A stretch of 64,000 nucleotides of DNA, from the NCBI GenBank assembly GCA_964035545.1, contig OZ037766.1, positions 13,568,722-13,632,721 of the forward strand. The letters are read 5' to 3'. Position numbers and translations under genes: made by a program. Shown here one piece after another: positions 62,471 to 64,000 of the stretch. The notes beneath the pieces are model-generated. The model was given only the letters and a program-made list of their open reading frames with translations, did no database searches and was not told where the DNA came from. How positions within the stretch are numbered: the stretch's first letter is position 1; every line of letters starts with the position of its first letter. The stretch comes from Bugula neritina (Eukaryota; Animalia; Bryozoa).

Positions 62471-63127
62471 TGTAGTACCATATTGTTGTTTATGCATATA
62501 GTTATTGTCAATTGTATAATGTGTATATAATTAAGCACTTACAGAAACTGTAGAGCTTAACAATAGTATGTATAGTAATATAGCTATAACCAGCTTTGAA
62601 TGTAGATAATACCAAGGAATTGGGCACTTAGAACTTGACTAGCTGGAGAGTAACACATGCATAATATATAACTCAACACAGTGTTATCTCTGACAGATTT
62701 ATGCAAATCATTGTTGGGAGTTCAAAATTGAGAAAAATCATTTTACTCAAAATTAAATCGCACAATAAAGCTATTCAAATAGTTAAACTGACACTCATGA
62801 TCATACTCATACTGGTAGTAATGATGACAGGTTAAAATTAAAGTGAAAAATAAACTCAAAATAAAAGAGAATGAGTAATTTCAAAACTTAGCAACTACAG
62901 GTACATAACTATAAAATTAAATATAAGTAGAAATTGAGAGATATCTAAAACTCAAAAGACTGAGTAAGTGTAACTGTAATATTTAAATCAAGTTCATGTT
63001 GAACTACAACTTAAAATTGATGTTCAACTTCATGCTATTGCTAATTACTTGAACTTAATAATCTTATAATTATCAATTGAATTGAAACCAAAAATTGAAT
63101 TTCAAGTGATCAGCATCAGTGGTGAGT

Positions 63128-63300
63128 GGTGCTGCTGCTGCTACTACTACTACTAGTAGTAATCACTCACTCAGTAATGGTACTACGTCTACTACTACTA
63201 CTACTAGTACTAGTACTATTACTATTAGTATGACTATTACTATTAGTATTACTATTAGTATGACTATTACTATTACTAATAGTGAGTATTACTATTAGAC
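63128..63300. repeat. (CTG)n/(CTA)n/TATTAC simple repeats
   Basis: Direct read. Confidence 0.85.
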
Positions 63301-64000
63301 AATTAGTACTAGTGCCTGTACAGTGTACTCAGTAATGGGAGTGGCCAGTGGGTGAGGGTCCCGGTCTGGTACATACTCATACTGATACTGATACAGTTGA
63401 TAAAATTAAATATAATAATAGCTAGAGCTCACAAAAAGTTAATTTCTTTCTTAATATTTATATTTTCATATCACAATCAAATTAAAAGTTCAAAAGTAAA
63501 ATAATATGAATTTGAATATCACTCAATCAAAATGAGTATAAATTAGAATCAGAATGATAATGTCGATGTGGTGATGACAGGTGATCCTCAAACCGGAAAG
63601 CATTGTGGGGTTGTTAGAAAGGCGATAAGTAAAGCAGGTAATGTTATCTATTTACGTTTTCTACAATAACCTAGGTTTTATGAGCACTAGTTCGAGTTCT
63701 TACAGCTTTAAAGTCTATAACACTGTTTAATATTATTGAGTTCATTGGTCTATAATATTATGTTAATAATACCACTTGGGCGTATTATTTTTATTAAAGT
63801 GTATCCACTTGACGCATTTGTAGCACGTGTTTCAAAGAATTGTTTTGTAAGCGGCTTCAAAGTGAGGGTGACTGAGTGCAGCGGTTTAAAGTCTTGATCT
63901 TAGGGCTGGGTTCATTGTGGCCCCCAACTTCAAACTCAAGAATTGCACACTATTGCACCCAATTCACCATCAACTTCGAGCTGCTTATAGAACCATTCAG

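Noticed and set aside
63860-64000. Further tRNA-SINE-like sequence
   Set aside because: A/B boxes too degenerate and cut by the window edge

Overview
AT-rich, intron-rich genomic DNA from an animal, most likely an invertebrate with motile cilia; it is not prokaryotic, and most entries in the ORF track are exon fragments or spurious. Bases ~1-13,600 are a transposon graveyard: two solo LTRs with 4-bp TSDs, a pol-less Gypsy remnant with a tRNA-Leu PBS and gag, Penelope GIY-YIG, R4/Dong-type RLE, RTE-like LINE, tyrosine-recombinase-like and possible hAT fragments, and a ~550-bp inverted repeat with a nested MITE. Three spliced genes follow, reconstructed by hand with consistent splice phases. 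SPEF2 is on + (14066-41554, ~39 core exons, ~1900 aa, RFX X-box promoter). An SLC10-family transporter with a long ectodomain is on - (45984-42838, 3 coding exons, 580 aa). POP1 is on - (61568-54428, 13 exons, ~785 aa). tRNA-derived SINEs, a 5S-derived fragment, MITEs and minisatellites lie in introns and intergenic DNA. Most notable: both solo LTRs carry a long GC-rich hairpin ~28-29 nt upstream of their TATA box, one flanked by a hammerhead-like motif; a SPEF2 exon has overlapping splice donor, stop codon and polyA signal; SPEF2 has several symmetric microexon candidates; and the SLC10 protein has degenerate Na+-site residues.
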